A DNA stretch of 64,000 nucleotides from Perna viridis. Its lineage: Eukaryota. The position numbers were made by a program, and so were the translations under genes. The notes under the pieces are model-generated. The model was not told the DNA's origin, did not search any database, and saw only the letters and a program-made list of their open reading frames with translations. This document shows positions 62,801 to 64,000 of the stretch, piece by piece (within the stretch, counting starts at the first letter, position 1; every line of letters starts with the position of its first letter). The DNA lies in NCBI GenBank assembly GCA_037379345.1, contig CM074519.1, positions 124,001-188,000 on the forward strand, given 5' to 3'.

Positions 62801-62993
62801 TTTAAAGATTTCAGCCTAAACTGTTGACAATATTGACTTATTCAACTTCCGGACAACTTGCAAACCGAAAGAAAATGAGAACTGAATTTTGATTGGCTTC
62901 CTTTGTTATTATCCAATCAGAGCAACTTTAACACTAACTCCGCGAAACATCAACAATGTGATTGACAGACGATTTTTAGCAACTGAATTGAAA
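62801..62993. promoter_or_regulatory. Bidirectional VPS29/RAD9 promoter (193 bp between start codons)
   Basis: Divergent ATGs at 62800 (-) and 62994 (+); ACTTCCGG (ETS-type) near 62845; oppositely oriented CCAAT boxes (gattgg near 62891, ccaatc near 62913). Confidence 0.75.
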
Positions 62994-63027
62994 ATGAAAT
63001 GCGTCATTCCTGGTGTAAACATCAAAG
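62994..63027 (+). CDS. RAD9: RAD9 (9-1-1 checkpoint clamp) first coding exon, MKCVIPGVNIK; gene continues beyond the window
   Basis: aaaATG...AAAG|gtgtgt; resembles the RAD9A N-terminus MKCLVTGGNVK; head-to-head with VPS29 as RAD9B is in human. Only 11 codons are visible. Confidence 0.72.
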
Positions 63028-64000
63028 GTGTGTTTAGGTATTATCTAAAACAAGTGTATATGCTGATGACTATATCCTCTGCAGATAAACTTGTCAATCC
63101 ACTCAGAAAAATGTATCGCACTCAGTGTCTCAATCGCGATGCAACTTCACACGATCTTCAAATCAAACATAGCATAAGCATAAAAGAGCACAAAAAGATT
63201 TATTTAAAGTCGGTTTTACGTAAAACAATACAACATAAGCTCCGTAGAGCTTTTATCCGACGTACATATATGACAAGCACAATACATAAAACAGTAAGCA
63301 AATCGTGCAAAGAATAAATAATGTTTTTTTTTTAAGCACAGCAATTCATAAGCTAAATTAAACATTGATGTCATTAAGTTTTGAAGTATCAGGAGATTTG
63401 TTTAAAGTAACAGGAGAGGTTGGTTTTGGGGGTCCCCCCCCAGAAAAATTTTAAAATCAAGATGCAAAATCCTGCATTCTGGTGCATTTGAGGGGTTTTA
63501 TTTTGTTTCGCAATCGATAGATATTTATACATGTATTTCAGCAAATATCACACTTTAACAGTATTTTATGTGCCTGACAAATTTATTTCGAGTTTAAAGA
63601 ACTTTGGCTTAATTCAGAGAGTTTGGTACTCCAAACACTGAGTACTGTGCTCTTGCATGCTTAAAATCCTTCTTTTTTGGTACTCGGTACTCCAAATTGT
63701 CAAAGCCATGAAAAAACTATTTCAAACTCAGTACTTTAGGCTAAATTTTAGTAGTTTGGTACTTAAGAATGTTTATCTTGAAGGACTTGACCAAATTATA
63801 TTTATTTGCAAAGGTTAGGTACTGAAGAAATGGCCCTGCCCAAAATTTTTTAATTCAACATTGTGAAAATTATGTAATCTGGTCAACTTTTGTCCACCTC
63901 TGACTTATATTTGTTTATCTCTGTCTAACTCTTATTAATACTTCAATCTGACTTGAGTTAATTAAAAATCAGACCCTAGATTTGTCCCCTTGACAGCCAC

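Noticed and set aside
62889-63317. 142-aa ORF as a complete protein
   Set aside because: Only MKCVIPGVNIK resembles RAD9 and is followed by a donor; the rest is intron read-through.

Overview
AT-rich, intron-rich animal genomic DNA; the repeat content suggests a bivalve mollusc, probably an oyster (inference). Most six-frame ORFs are spurious, so genes were rebuilt by hand from splice signals and reading phase. Conserved genes: the 5' part of DENR (minus, runs off the left edge), a complete 12-exon TRF/shelterin gene (minus, 9565-31314, 418 aa, TRFH domain plus Myb telobox), a complete 4-exon VPS29 (minus, 58754-62800, 182 aa) and the first coding exon of RAD9 (plus, 62994), head-to-head with VPS29. 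Between them, 40-55 kb holds a small cluster absent from the ORF track: two intact three-coding-exon genes for 55-56 aa secreted precursors with 6-Cys mature peptides ending C-[FY]-CC-IA, plus a broken third and a possible fourth copy, among Penelope-like, Gypsy and MULE remnants. Other notable signals: recurrent CATGTA insertions at TA sites (giving TACATGTA), minisatellites sitting at TRF exon boundaries, a roughly 5 kb foldback-like mirror of two satellites, and a pseudoknot-forming head on a SINE-like element.
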